DNA of 64,000 bases from Octopus vulgaris (Eukaryota): NCBI GenBank assembly GCA_951406725.2, contig OX597815.1, forward strand, positions 63,984,001-64,048,000, in the 5' to 3' direction. A program made the translations under genes and the position numbers. Numbering within the stretch: the first letter of the stretch is position 1; every line of letters starts with the position of its first letter. Shown here piece after piece: positions 42,483 through 56,975 of this stretch. The notes beneath the pieces were generated by a model. That model did not search any database and had not been told where the DNA came from. It was given only the letters and a program-made list of their open reading frames with translations.

Positions 42483-43444
42483 CACTACATGCACATATAT
42501 ATATATACATATAAGCAAGCATACAAATAACATACACTTACTTGCATGCACACCTTTGGAGATGCACATATACATACATATACACATTCGCACACATATA
42601 TAAGCATGCGTATATACATGCATAAATACATACCTACAAACACACAAGCACACATACATATACGTGTGTGTGTGTGTGTGTGTGCGTGCGCGCACGCCTG
42701 CGTATATGCTTATATGTTCGTGCGTATGCGTATCATTCTCTGTGTTGTTTACATATCGCCGTTCGCCATTTTAGACGGATGTTTATGGTTTGTGTAGAAT
42801 TCGGCGGAAAATATTTTTATTTTCATTGTCGAAAAAAAAAAAATTAAATTGTATGTTGTAATGAACGGAACAGACTTTTTCTGCAAAGAACTTGCGACAA
42901 AAGTGAAGAGCTACATTCAGTCGGGAATCGAAATCACGAGGTATTTTTGCATTAGCGGGGGTTTACTGGCAACTCTACCACGTGATCGCTACTATAAATA
43001 TAGAAATGTTTATTTCTAACATCCGACATTACTAATATTCTATTGATTTCTACGATTGTAAATATAGAAATATTGGCACAAAGAGAAAGAATATAAAAGC
43101 AGGAATAGAAATGAAAGGAGGATTCTTAAAAAAAAAAAGATGTTAGGAACAAATATAAAAGAAAAGAAACTAAAAGATTACTTTTTTTTTTGAGTAATGA
43201 AGAAAGGAATAATTGAAGAATGAAAGAAATAGAAGATGGCAACGGCGAAAAAGGAAGGAAATTGGAAATATATATATATTTTTCAATATCGGTTTCTTTT
43301 GTCTTGGAACAAAGCCTTATATTTTTTCCTGAGTGAGCAAAAAAAGTATGTTGTGACATTATTTCATTGGTCCAAAAGAATTAAGATCGTAAGTAAAATT
43401 AAACAGCTTCAACCAAAAATTGAAACCGCATTACTCTCTAGATT

Positions 43445-43511
43445 TCCAGGCGTAGTGGTAAGGAACGCAAGCTACTAAACCCAAGATTCCGAGTTCGATT
43501 CCAGGCAGTGA

Positions 43512-43598
<87 letters not shown>

Positions 43599-43730
43599 TA
43601 ATAATAAGTACAACAACCACATCGAAAAATACCTTAGGAATGAGAACCCAGGTTCGAAATTTCCTCAAGACACCTGATGAAGGCTGGAGGGTTTATCAGC
43701 CGAAACGTTGTGTTAACAACAAACAAATAT
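43445..43730 (+). mobile_element. tRNA-headed SINE-like unit with 3' hammerhead
   Basis: A-box ggcgtagtggtaag (43449), B-box gagttcgattcc (43491-43502), internal (AAT)n, second ggttcgaa box (43651), then HHR at 43670-43713. Confidence 0.7.
43670..43713 (+). ncRNA. Minimal type-I hammerhead ribozyme
   Basis: acac-CTGATGA-a-ggctg(gagggtttat)cagcc-GAAA-cg-TT-gtgt; palindromic aacgtt in place of stem III. Confidence 0.8.
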
Positions 43731-43899
43731 TTACTTAAAATGCTTAGACGAAATTTGACGCTACTGATAACAGTGATTATACCGTCAGTGGTGTTGCGAA
43801 AAGCCGCCCGGCTGAATAAAGATACATATTATGCAACAGAAGCAGTATTAAATTAATGCAGACATTTGTGTATCATTATCAAATACATTGTTGATAGGC

Positions 43900-44290
43900 A
43901 AATTTACTGAGTTAAGTCTACTACCCATAGATAATGAGTATTCGTTGTCAAATTTGTGGATTCAATAGTTCAGAGTTAATTATACTGCCTCCAGATAATT
44001 CGCATTAATCCAGAGATAAGTAAGTTCAAAGTTAAGTCTATTACCCATTACTAATTCGCACTTATCAAAATGTTGGATTGTTCAGAGACAAGTCTACTGA
44101 TTATTGATAATTCGCACTAACTGGGAGCAAGGTTGATTTAATTGTTCATAGTTAAATATTAATTATTTCGTGCTAATTAAGAACAAGATGGATTCCATTA
44201 TTGACGTATAATTCGCTCTAACTGAGAGCTAGTAGAATTAACTGATCACAGCTAACCTCATGAGCTACGGATAATTCACATCAATTGAGA
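43900..44290. repeat. Degenerate ~56-bp tandem repeat (~7 units)
   Basis: TAATTCGC-like motif at ~43932, 43996, 44052, 44108, 44164, 44209, 44272; GTTCA(G/A/T)AG(T/A)(T/C)AA at 43968, 44024, 44080, 44144. Confidence 0.7.
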
Positions 44291-45108
44291 ATTGAAGGAA
44301 GAATCATTAGCACGCCAAAAGATAATGCTTAGCAAAATTACTTCCGACCGTTGTCAACTTTGCTTTTCATTCTTTCGGGGTAAATAAAATAAAACCATTT
44401 GAGCACAGCGGTCAATGTAATAGATATGGCCCCGCCCCTCATAATTGCTGACTTTGTGCCAAAATTTGAAACAATTAATGAATAAATAATCGAATTTAAT
44501 CGTCCACAGCTAAGTCTTTTAATTACGAATAATTCGCAAGAAAAGTGACAAGATATGGGCAACCGGTCTCTCAGTTTTACTTGGTTGTGTGGTAACCTTG
44601 TCACACAGCTACGTCCACCGCAATTAATGTGAAAACAACAAAAAGAAATGTTTGAATTAATGAATTTTAAATATTCTTAATTAGTTGAAAGAATGAAATA
44701 TATTAAAGAAGAGTTAAAATGAAGAAAAGAACGAAAGAAGGCGGGGATAAATGTAAAAGAGCTTCAAGTGGGAGGCAGGGTAGTTTGAAATAAATGAAAA
44801 AAGACTAATGAGAGGATAGAATGAATAAGTAAAGAAGTAAACGAAAGAATTTAATTAACGAAATGAATGAGAGCACTTCGACTATAGTTTGAGATGTAGG
44901 CACTGCTATGTGTTAAGAAGTCCACTTTGTAACCACGTGATTTCCAGTTCAGTCCCACTGCACTGCATGTGTGTTATACTATGACCATGGTTCAGCCAAT
45001 ACGTTATAAGTTAAACGGTGTAGAAGCCCGTCTTACATGTATATATACAAGCATACAAGTACACACACACATATGTATATGAGTGTGTGTGTCTATGTAT
45101 GTATATGC

Positions 45109-45156
<48 letters not shown>

Positions 45157-45229
45157 GTATACACACACATATATATATACATATATATATGTGTATAATT
45201 TTTTTCTTGATGCATTTAATTCTATATAT

Positions 45230-46378
45230 TAGTGGGCAGATGGGGCTCCTTAACCGTGGTGAAGGCATCCCATCTAGAAGAGGGAAACTCTGATATAAAA
45301 CCAGGTCTTCGGTTGCTGAGGGTCACCTTAACAAAGCTGTACTTTCTGCAAACAATGACTGATAGGATAGACTAGTCTCTCCAGCTTGTTTATAGCGGCT
45401 CATCTAGGAGATGGAAACCTCTGTGGCACATATGTGCACCATATTCTTGCTATTATCACTTCCAAAATGTGTGGCTGGTTCTACACAAGCCTTCAACACT
45501 CAAATCATCTGTGTGGTTTTTCTGACAACTTACATTCATTTATTCAATACGGCACAGCTTCAACTTGAAAAAAAATCAAAAAGTCCTCTGGCAAGAGAGT
45601 GAAAGTGGCACGGACAGGTAAAGGATATTGCTGGAAATCTCTTGCTGGATCTCTACACAGTCGGCGAACATTGGGTGATGGCAGTTCCAGCACAGAACTA
45701 GTGAATAACTGTGCTGTCCGTGTCCTCGAGTGATGACAAAACAGGTCTATTTAGACACAGTACTGCTTTTCCCAACAGGGGGAGGGGCGAGAAAAGGAGC
45801 GCCAAACATTGCTTACTCACCTTAAACTTGGCTGCTCGCTGCGGCTGTCTGGTTATTCAGTAACGCAGTCGAAACACGAAAAAATCTAAGAATATTAACC
45901 CTGGCTCTTGAAATGTGCGCACTCTCCAAGATAGTCACTCAGCACCACAATGAAAAACAGCATTGGTTGCCCTTGAACTAAAGAGATACAACATTGATAT
46001 AGCTGCACTCAGTGAAACTCGTCTTGCAGCATCATCACAGTTAGAAGAAAGTAACGGTGGATACGTGTTTTTCTGGTGTGGAACAAATGAAGACGAACCA
46101 CACCACTCTAGTGCTGATTTTGCTATCAAAACAGAAATAGCTAGATCCCTTCTTTCTCTACCCAAAGGCATTTCTGATTGCATTATGACACTAACATTGC
46201 AACTTGATCACAACACTTGTGATATGCTTGTCAGTTGCTATGCTCCAACCATGGCCAGCACTGAGCAGGAAAAAGATGAATTTACAACCAACTCCATGAT
46301 GTCATCTCCATTTGTCACCATAGAGAAAAACTTATCCTTATGGGCGACTTTAACACTCGTGTTGGTACTGACAGATTA
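45230..46378 (+). pseudogene. RTE-clade LINE 5' UTR and APE endonuclease, 3'-truncated
   Basis: TLGS*NVRTL, ELKRYNIDIAALSETR, GYVFFWCG, VSCYAPT and LILMGDFNTRVG are APE motifs of a single-ORF RTE element. Confidence 0.88.
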
Positions 46379-46484
46379 AGTACCCGACTAAAAATAAATA
46401 AATAGCAACAAAAATTTCAGCTGTTAAATCAAGGCAGTTCTCCAGCATGGCCGGAGTCCTGTGACTGATATAAAGGCAGCTCCA

Positions 46485-46547
<63 letters not shown>

Positions 46548-46922
46548 CACACACACACACGCACGCACGCGCACACACACACACACACACACAAGAAAAA
46601 CAACATAGAATAAAAGATTTAAAGAAAGCTCAGTTAAAAGAAAGAAAAGAAGGAAAAGAAGAAATATAGAATGAAAGGAAGAAGAAGAAAGGTAAAAAGT
46701 GGGGGAAAGGAGGGAAATAGAAGCATAAACAATTAGTTGTGAAGGAATATGGAAAGGAATGAAGATATATTGGGAAAAATAAGGAATGATAAATAAATAA
46801 AATTTGGGAAGAATAATATAAAAATATACAAAATGAAGGATGTGACGAAAATATAAGATGACATAAGAAAATTGTTTGTGTATGTATGTGTGTGTGCGAT
46901 CATGCTTGTGTACATATACATG

Positions 46923-46955
<33 letters not shown>

Positions 46956-46983
46956 CATACAAGTGTGAGTCCCTGTGTGCGTT

Positions 46984-47023
<40 letters not shown>

Positions 47024-48114
47024 ACACGTACAAAAACACAAAGAAAGAAATGGGAAGAAAATGAGAGGAGAGAATGTATGGAAGAATTCGAGAATGTAGA
47101 GATGGAATATGGACGAAGTAAATAAATGAAGAAATATTGTCAGAGAAAACAAGTAAACCAACATAAAAACTGAGAATATAGAGATTGAGAGATATTAAGA
47201 GAAAGTAGACAGTGAGAGAGAGAGAAAGGGGAAAGAGAGGAAAGGGATGAGAGGATGAAAGGGCGAGGAAAAAAGAGGAGAGAAAGAAAGGGAAACCTTG
47301 AAAAAAGAGGAAGAGTGTAATGAGAGAAGGAACGAGAAAGTGAGATTGAAAGCAGGGAATAGAGAGAGAAAGAAATAGGGTGTGTGGAAACGATGCAAAC
47401 AATAAGGAAATTTTTATGAGAATTTAAAAATTGAATGGTAAAAAGAAAAGAAGACAGCAAGAGGTTTTGAAAAAAAAACTCAAGAAGGATAAACAAAATA
47501 TGAGAAAAACATGGCGTTTGAGAGCGTGTTTTTGTGAGTTGACCTTCATGGCGAACGGTATCTGTGTAGCATGTTAGTTTCTTTCTTGATGTGAACTGTC
47601 GTGATATGAAACCGTGATCGTATGTTTGCTATGATGTATGTGGTATACTGGTTGATGGCGTGTAATTTTCTGGTTTTTAATTCTAGGTTTGGTTTGACAG
47701 GGAGATTTAACATCGGTATTTAGTGGTGGGTGGGGGGGAGCCCACTGCACTCGGCTCACGGTTTTAGCATAGGATAGTGGTATGGGTAGGTATGTAAGCG
47801 GAAAGGTAAACAGATGAACGAGGGTGAGGAAGAAGAGAATTGGAGATAGGGAGAGATAGAAAGAGAGAGAAAGAAAGAGGTGAGAGTAGAAGAAAAAATA
47901 TAGCATCTGTGTGTGTATGTGTGTGTGTGAAATGAGTTAGATGTAGTTGAGGGGTTTAAGAACATGACGGGAAGAAAATGGAAACATGATAGATAACTGA
48001 TGGAAAACCATGGCACTAATGTGTATGTGTGTGTGTGTTTCTGTGCGGATAGATAGATAGGTAGGTAGATAGATAGTTGGATATATACATAGATAGATAG
48101 ATAGAAAGATAGAT

Positions 48115-48145
<31 letters not shown>

Positions 48146-48604
48146 CAAAAAGATACAGAAAAAGAGTGAGGGAGAGAGAGAGAGACAGAGACAGATATAG
48201 AGTGAGCGATGTATATACAGGAAATAGAAAAAGAAACTGATGATGATGATGATGATGATGGGGGGGATGTAATAGCGGTGGCGGCGGCAGCGGCGGTAGT
48301 GGTAGTGGTGTTAGTGTTGAAGGAGATGGTGGTGGTGGTGGTGACGATGATGAGGTTGATGATGATGGTGGTGGTAGTGGTGGTGGTTGCGGCAATGTGG
48401 TGATAATGGTGGTGGTAGTGGTGGTGATAATAGACAACGACGATTATAGATGATGCAGAGAAGGAGGATGTTAGTAATGGCGGTGATAGTGATTGCTATA
48501 ATCAGTGATGATGATTTAGAATATGGCGGCAATAGATCTGAGGAAGATTATTTATATGTAATGATACTTTTGTTTGCATTACTGGTTACTGAGGAATGTA
48601 GTAG

Positions 48605-48649
<45 letters not shown>

Positions 48650-48660
48650 CGATGATGACA

Positions 48661-48701
<41 letters not shown>

Positions 48702-49140
48702 GAAGACGATAATGACAACGACGACGACGACAATGATACCATAGGTTATGATGACAGATTATGATGACGACGATAATCTTAATTGTCATGAAGACGTTTA
48801 TGACAACATTTGAGAGGTCGATTGCGAAGGAGATGAAGTCGACGAGGGCGTCGAAGACAATAACATTGACGATGTTGTTGATGGCAATGATGAGAATGAT
48901 GTCAATGATGATGATGGAGACCATGATGATGATGCTGATGGTGGTGGTGGTGATGGTGACGTTGTTAATGATGGTAATGCTGATGACGATGTAAAATAAT
49001 AGAATTGCATAACAGTATATGCTCTCATGCACACATACACACATACACATCACATATACCCAGGCACACACACACACACACACATACACACACACACACA
49101 CACACAGGCACACTCACATAGATACACATATTCACACTCA

Positions 49141-49554
49141 TTTCTTTACTGCCCACAAGGAGCTACACATAGAGGGGACAAACAAGGACAGACAAATGGA
49201 TTAAGTCGATAATATCGACCCCAGTTCGTAACTGGTACTTATTTAATCGACCCCGAAAGGATGAAAGGCAAAGTCGACCTCGCCGGAATTTGAACTCAGA
49301 ACGTAGCGGCAGATGAAATACCTATTTCTTTATTACCCACAAGGGGCTAAACACAGAGGGTACAAACAAGGACAGACATAGGTATTAAGTCGATTACATC
49401 GACCCCAGTGCGTAACTGGTACTTAATTTATCGACCCCGAAAGGATGAAAGGCAAAGTCGACCTCGGCGGAATTTGAACCCACAACGTAACGGCAGACGA
49501 AATACCATTAAGCATTTCGCCCGGCGTGCTAACGTTTCTGCCAGCTCGCCGCCT
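49141..49554 (-). mobile_element. SINE dimer (two near-identical tandem units)
   Basis: 49141-49324 duplicates 49325-49505; the head at 49505-49554 belongs to the second unit; tcacactc on both flanks may be a TSD. Confidence 0.85.
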
Positions 49555-49786
49555 CACACTCTTACCATATTGACATCCACTGGGATTGTTGCTCAAATTA
49601 TTAATTTATTTTGTCCTGCAATGTAATTATTCTCCTCAACTGCAACGAGTAAATTTTCACACTAAGTTTACCGGAGAACCCTATAAATTTGAAAATAAAC
49701 AATATGCGATAACGGGAAATGAATATCAAAACGTGTCGAAGAATACATATCAAAGTAATACAATCGTACATACATACATACATACA

Positions 49787-49820
<34 letters not shown>

Positions 49821-49859
49821 CATATATATACATATAGATAGACAGAAGGACAGACAGAC

Positions 49860-49928
<69 letters not shown>

Positions 49929-50152
49929 CGCTATTATCGAAAAATGAGAATGGGTGCTCAACCCCGCATTGGTGGATAAATATTCTTTATTAGCTAGTTA
50001 ACAAGACTCCCATTTGATTCTAGGGAGAATTTTCAGCTTGATAATTACTGAGAATTCTCGGCACGAAGTATTCATAACCTTGTTAACCCACAAATAAAGT
50101 ATGTATATATGTATATCTATATATGTATATATATATATGTGTATATATATAA

Positions 50153-50202
<50 letters not shown>

Positions 50203-52238
50203 ATATATATTATATATATTATAAAAATATGTATATATGCACACACACACACATATATATATGAAGACAATTACAAAAAAGAATGAAGTGGACTTCGCAA
50301 ATCATTTTAATACTCCATTTACAATTGTTTCATCATAATTCAATATAATCAACTTGCATTATGCTGTCCCCTTCTTAATAACTTGTACATTGAAATATTG
50401 TGAAACGATCGTAACTGAAGTACTAAACTGAATTGCTGAATTCATTCTTTGATATTTGACATTTTGTAAATACTGTATGGATATTTGTGGATTTTCCGAT
50501 AATGCGGGATAGGTAGATTGAAAGCGCTTACCACTCTAAAATTTTTGATAACCGATATCTATACAACTGCTTTATGTGGTAAACACCAGGGTTATATATT
50601 CCAGCTCACTTGCTATAGATACCTACATACATACATACATACATACATACATACATACATACATACATACGTACGTACGTACGTATATACATACATACAT
50701 ACATGCATGCATGCATACATACATACATACATACATACATACATACATACATACATACATACATACAGGTTCAGTACAGTATATATTCTCGCCCATTGTC
50801 CCTCAGTTACGGGCAACGCTTTTGCCTTCCTTTAACAACATTGCTTTCCTTACAATGAGATATAGATTTCCCTTCTATATTTCCTATCACTCTTTCATCT
50901 GCCTCGCATATCCATCATTACCCTTCATTCACAACAACTACACAGCAACGTACACATATCAACATGTACATACACAACACTCACCACCTTGCACACGCAT
51001 ATACACAGCTCTGTTAACGCACACAGAACTATACTCACGAGATCGACACGCATACTCAAGACGAGACGAGACAATTGTACTAAGGTTATCTGCTACAACT
51101 ATCTTTTTCTCCTGAGAAATATTCTCTCTGTCTCTCTCTTTCTCCCTCCCTCTCTCTCTCTCGAACACATACAGTACATTTTCTCTCTTGGCTAGCAAAA
51201 CAATTTCGTTTTTCTTAGATATTCAGTTTTTCAACATGTGGTTTACATTCTAATATTTTTCTTTGCAACAGCTTCTTGAGAAAGGAAGACTGTCCGAAAC
51301 GTTAAACACACTTTTGTTTCACGTTTACAGTGCTGAATATATTTATCTTAATATCATAGAAAATATCAAGTCTAATACCTCAGGATTTTTCGTTCACTTC
51401 TGATTCTCAAGTTGGAAGAAACAAAGAGAGGTGGAAGAGAAAGAAGGCATTATAAAGAAATGTGGATTAGAGACAGATAGAGAAGTTAGTGGGAAATTGA
51501 TAAATGAGAGGAAGATAAAGAAAAATAAGAAGTAGTCAGCTTGTGAGAGAGGTAGTCATGCGAGCATAGAGAAATGGAATGAGGAATGACAATGAAGAAA
51601 AAGTCAAGTGGAGAGATGGAAAAGAAAGGTAGCGCTCTAGATCTGAGAGAGAGAACTAGAGAAGTAGCAAGAGAGAGTAATAGATGAATACAGAGTGATA
51701 GATAGAGAGACATTAATATATCATATCAATTTGAGAGTGTGGGTGTGAGCGTTAGAGACTGGAGAGACAAACGGTAGCAGAATTCAGTTATGAAGAAAAA
51801 AATATAGAAATTATGTATATTGAGAGTGAAGAGAAGACAGGGGGAAAGAGAAGTACTAATGAGGCATTGGAGACATTGAGATTAATGAAGAAGAAATGAA
51901 AGATGACAAAATGAAACATTAGAAGAAAATGGAGGAACATCTACGCTAAAATATTATGAATTACCGAAAGAGGGCAGAATTAAACCCCGCCGTTTTTGAT
52001 GGGCACTATTATAGACATAAATACTTGAACTCACAGATATGTAAACACACAAACACACATATATACATAGATATATGCATGTACGTACGTATGTATGTAT
52101 GTATGTAGACACACACACACACACACACGCGCACACACATATATAAGTATATATATGTGTGTGAGTGTGTGCATATCTTTCTGTCTATCTATCTATCTAT
52201 TTATCTACCTACATATAGATATGTATATATATATATGC

Positions 52239-52297
<59 letters not shown>

Positions 52298-52561
52298 TGT
52301 ATGTATCTATGTATGTATGCATGCATTCATCTACACCGATGGAGAAATGTACGAACTTAAGACATATGTAGATTCATCCCCTGTTTTTTCAATTTTATCT
52401 CTGTGGCTCTATCTCTGCTTCCTGATCCAATTTCTTTATTATCATTTTCTTCGTGATTTTTTTACCAATTTTTCGAAATTTCTCTACCTTTATCCTCAAG
52501 ATTCTTTCCACCATACTGTCTCTTTCTTTGCCTCTCTGACAATTTCTCTGTGGAACTGACG

Positions 52562-52673
<112 letters not shown>

Positions 52674-52690
52674 GTCTGTCTGTCTATCTG

Positions 52691-52752
<62 letters not shown>

Positions 52753-52817
52753 GATCTATCTATCTACCATTGTCGCTTTCATTATATGTATGTGCATACA
52801 CACACAATTTTATTCAT

Positions 52818-52869
<52 letters not shown>

Positions 52870-53050
52870 GTTTATATATGTACATGTATGTATGTATATA
52901 TGTACATACATATATTTTCCTTGCAGCATCTTCATGTGAGTTGAGATATCTGTTCGTGATCTCCTTACTCCTATTATCCACCCTTCCACTACTTCCACCT
53001 CTCTCTCTCTCCACACACACACACACACATATATATATATGTATATACAC

Positions 53051-53145
<95 letters not shown>

Positions 53146-53495
53146 CCTACCCACCTATCTATCTCTATCTCTATCTCTCCACTCGCTCATTTTTATCATC
53201 TCTTCCCGGTGCCATCCATCCATCCACTCAGATGGATGGATGGATGCTCGTTGGTCATTTTTTACTCCATCGTTCTGTTAACCTATTTTGTGTTTTTTTT
53301 GTACATTAATATGTGCATGTGTAAGCAGGGGTGCGCACACATACACATATACACACATATGTATATATACTTGAAGACACAGATTTATTTTCATGTATAT
53401 ATATATATATATATGTATATACATATACACATACATATATGTATGTATGTCTATATGAGTGTGTGTATATAAATATATATATATGTACATGCATG

Positions 53496-53590
<95 letters not shown>

Positions 53591-53954
53591 TGCACTTTCG
53601 AACTTGCCGTGCATTCTTATAAAAGAATTACGGCTTATTGGAATTTTGTAGCCCCTCCGTCACCGATACACCCGCCTAGTTTTTACGTCTTCTTCAACAC
53701 TCTCTACATTCTTTCTTTCTTTCTTTTCTTCTTTTTTTTCTTTCTTTCTTCATTTCGTTATTTTCTCTTTTTCTTCATCACAAGATGCCCCACCTTCTTT
53801 CGTGTTCTGCTTATGGCATTCTACGACTGAGATGGTGTGTATACTTGTACACCTATGTATATATTTCACTTTATGCGTATATACGTATACGTCTGTAAGT
53901 GTATGAATGTGCTCCTATATGAATGCATGTGTGTATGTATATATGTATATATGT

Positions 53955-53996
<42 letters not shown>

Positions 53997-54508
53997 CTGC
54001 ATGTGTATGTTTCTGGTTCTGTGCATCCTTCAATGTATTTATTGATGCGCTTCTCTCTACGCAAGAGAGTATAGGGATATTGATGTACAATACGCATGCA
54101 CACATACACCCCAAAACACAAAGACAAACGCACATATATTTACATATATGTATATGTATATATATGTATGCATATATACATATTTGTATGCTTATGTGTG
54201 TGTATATTTGCATTTATGTATGTTTACATAATGACATATATAAGTTTATACAGTAATGTTTATATATGAATATATAGTACATACACATATACATACATAT
54301 ATACATATATATAGATAGAGAGAGAGAAGGAAAGAGAGAGATGTGTTTGCATAAGTATATATATATATATATGACTATATACATACATATATATACATAT
54401 ATATATATACATATATATATATATACATAAACATACATATATATACATATATATATATATACATATATATATATACATACATATATATACATATATACAT
54501 ACATATAC

Positions 54509-54566
<58 letters not shown>

Positions 54567-55950
54567 CAGTACAAACGTTCATAATGACATACACATGCTA
54601 CAAACACATAAATACAGAAATACACACCTACACACACTCGCGCGCCTATACATATATAAAGACATACGAAAAATATATGAAATAAAATAAAACAACTAAC
54701 AAAAAGCAAAAATGAAAAATATAAAAAATTCCCCACCAAAAGAAAAAAAAAACTTACAAAATGAACAATAAATATTAATAAAATAGAATGAGAAAATCCC
54801 ACCTTCTGATATATATCAAGCCTGTCTTGATCGATTGCTTTCACCGATCAAAGGAATGATCTATGCAACACAACTAAGCTCTGAGCGAACGCTTACCCTT
54901 TGAAAATTTCTCAAATGACTACCGAGTACTTTGCTGTTTTCTGCACACATACTTACACTCTTTCTGTTTTTCACTCTCCTTCTGTCCCACACGCTTTCTC
55001 TGTATCTCTCTCTATTGTTTTTATCTCCCTTTTGTTAGGTCTTATTTTTTTGCCAGATTTTTGTATTTTCGCTTGTTCTTATTTATTTTATTATTTGTTT
55101 TTATTTCTCATTCTATTTGGGTTTTATTTCATCTTTTCTTTTCTTTTTTTACATGCTCCCCCCACCCACTGTTGTATTTCTTTTTTTCTTCTTATTTGTT
55201 ACTCGTGTTATTCTTTGGATTTCTACTTTTCTTTCTTCGCCCAACTACGTCTCTTTCCTTTTTTTACTTTCTGTCTGTGTAATATATATATATATATATA
55301 TATATACATACACGTATGTGTGTGTGTGTATGTATACGTGTATGTATATGCATAACTATGATATATATATATATATTTATACATATGACTATACGCATAT
55401 ACGTGTATATTCATATATTTATGTACGTATGTATGTGTGCATGTATGCATGTATATATATATGTATGTATGTAAACACATACATTCCAACAGCGAGATTG
55501 AGAGAGAGGCAGTGAATAAGAGAGTGAGATAAAGAAAGTGTAAGAAGTATAGACGTATCGGAACGCCAAAATGTATATACATATTTATGCAAGCACACCC
55601 ACAGCATATTCGTGAACCCCCACACGTATATACTACACACAGGAATGAAACTTGTCCTGAGATCAACTTTCCTAAAAAAAAAAATATGCAGAAAATCTAC
55701 TGCGAGGACTAGACATAAAATATATCACACACAAACAAGACACCCATACACGCATGCAACAATATATACACAAATATACACACACAACAACAACCACACA
55801 CACACAAACACACACACGTGTATTTGTGTTTTTTGCATGTATATATGGGTGTCTTGTTTGTTAGTGTGATATATTTTTTTTAGTTTTCGAGGTAGGCCGT
55901 TTTGCTTTATTGTATATATATATATATACATTCATACATACATACATACA

Positions 55951-56026
<76 letters not shown>

Positions 56027-56614
56027 TACACGCCTACGAATACACATACATACATGCATACATGCATACATACAATCATACATACATATATACATATAAG
56101 TTTCTACGCTTTTGAATGTATGTATTTACTTAAAGAGTGCCCGTGCATGTGCGTCTTGTATCCGAAGTCCATGTTTCACGCGAGATGAAATTTCAGCCAC
56201 CATATTTGTCCGACAAGATATCCTTGTAATGATCTTCCGACAAACACGATAAATTAATTCAATGTCTAAGGATGTTTTATTGTTTGTAGATATGTACATA
56301 TGCATATTTTCCTTACTCTACATACACGTACATAAACACACGCACACACACACACACACACATATTCGCATACCTTCACACACACACAAACACATATACA
56401 ATATAACAAGAAGTAAAATTTATTGGTATTATTTATTCACCGTTACACATGTTTCATTTGCTAATAGGAATTACAGAGTTTTACATGTCAGATAGATATG
56501 TAAAACCCTATCATTTCTCTTGGCAGATGAAACATCAATAAATTTTCCAACTTTCTGTTTTGTTATACAACAAATCTGCAAACAAAATTCCTGGAATTTT
56601 CAACTTTGATGCGT

Positions 56615-56696
<82 letters not shown>

Positions 56697-56698
<2 letters not shown>

Positions 56699-56975
56699 AA
56701 TATTAGGGAATGAATCCAAAATTACAGGGAAAAATCAGATTTAGGGTTAAATCCAATTTTATAGTAAAATATTATATAATATAATTCGAGACAAAACCAC
56801 TATTTTAAAACCAAACAAGGAAAGACTTAATCAATACATAAAATTTTAATATAAATTAAATAAACCGCCACTACAAATGTTTCATGTCTGCTCCGACAAT
56901 CTTCAGGTGGATTTTCGATCTAAGAATAGCAATATTTTAAAATATAATTTAAAATAATTTAAAATAATAAAACAA
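56697..56975 (-). mobile_element. PLE terminal repeat, same family as 900-1175
   Basis: Reverse complement of 890-1155; contains an HHR; partial inverted copy at 57550-57625. Confidence 0.75.
56868..56910 (-). ncRNA. Minimal type-I hammerhead ribozyme
   Basis: Minus strand: ccac-CTGAAGA-ttgtc(ggagca)gacat-GAAA-c(attt)g-TA-gtgg; paralog of 936-978. Confidence 0.8.

Noticed and set aside
43449-43510. Possible tRNA gene
   Set aside because: No acceptor stem pairing and no T-run terminator; it is a SINE head.
43900-44290. CRISPR-like repeat/spacer pattern
   Set aside because: Degenerate repeats, related spacers, eukaryotic context and no cas genes.
46350-47402. 350-aa hydrophobic ORF
   Set aside because: Translation of low-complexity pyrimidine-rich and dinucleotide repeats; no domain motifs.
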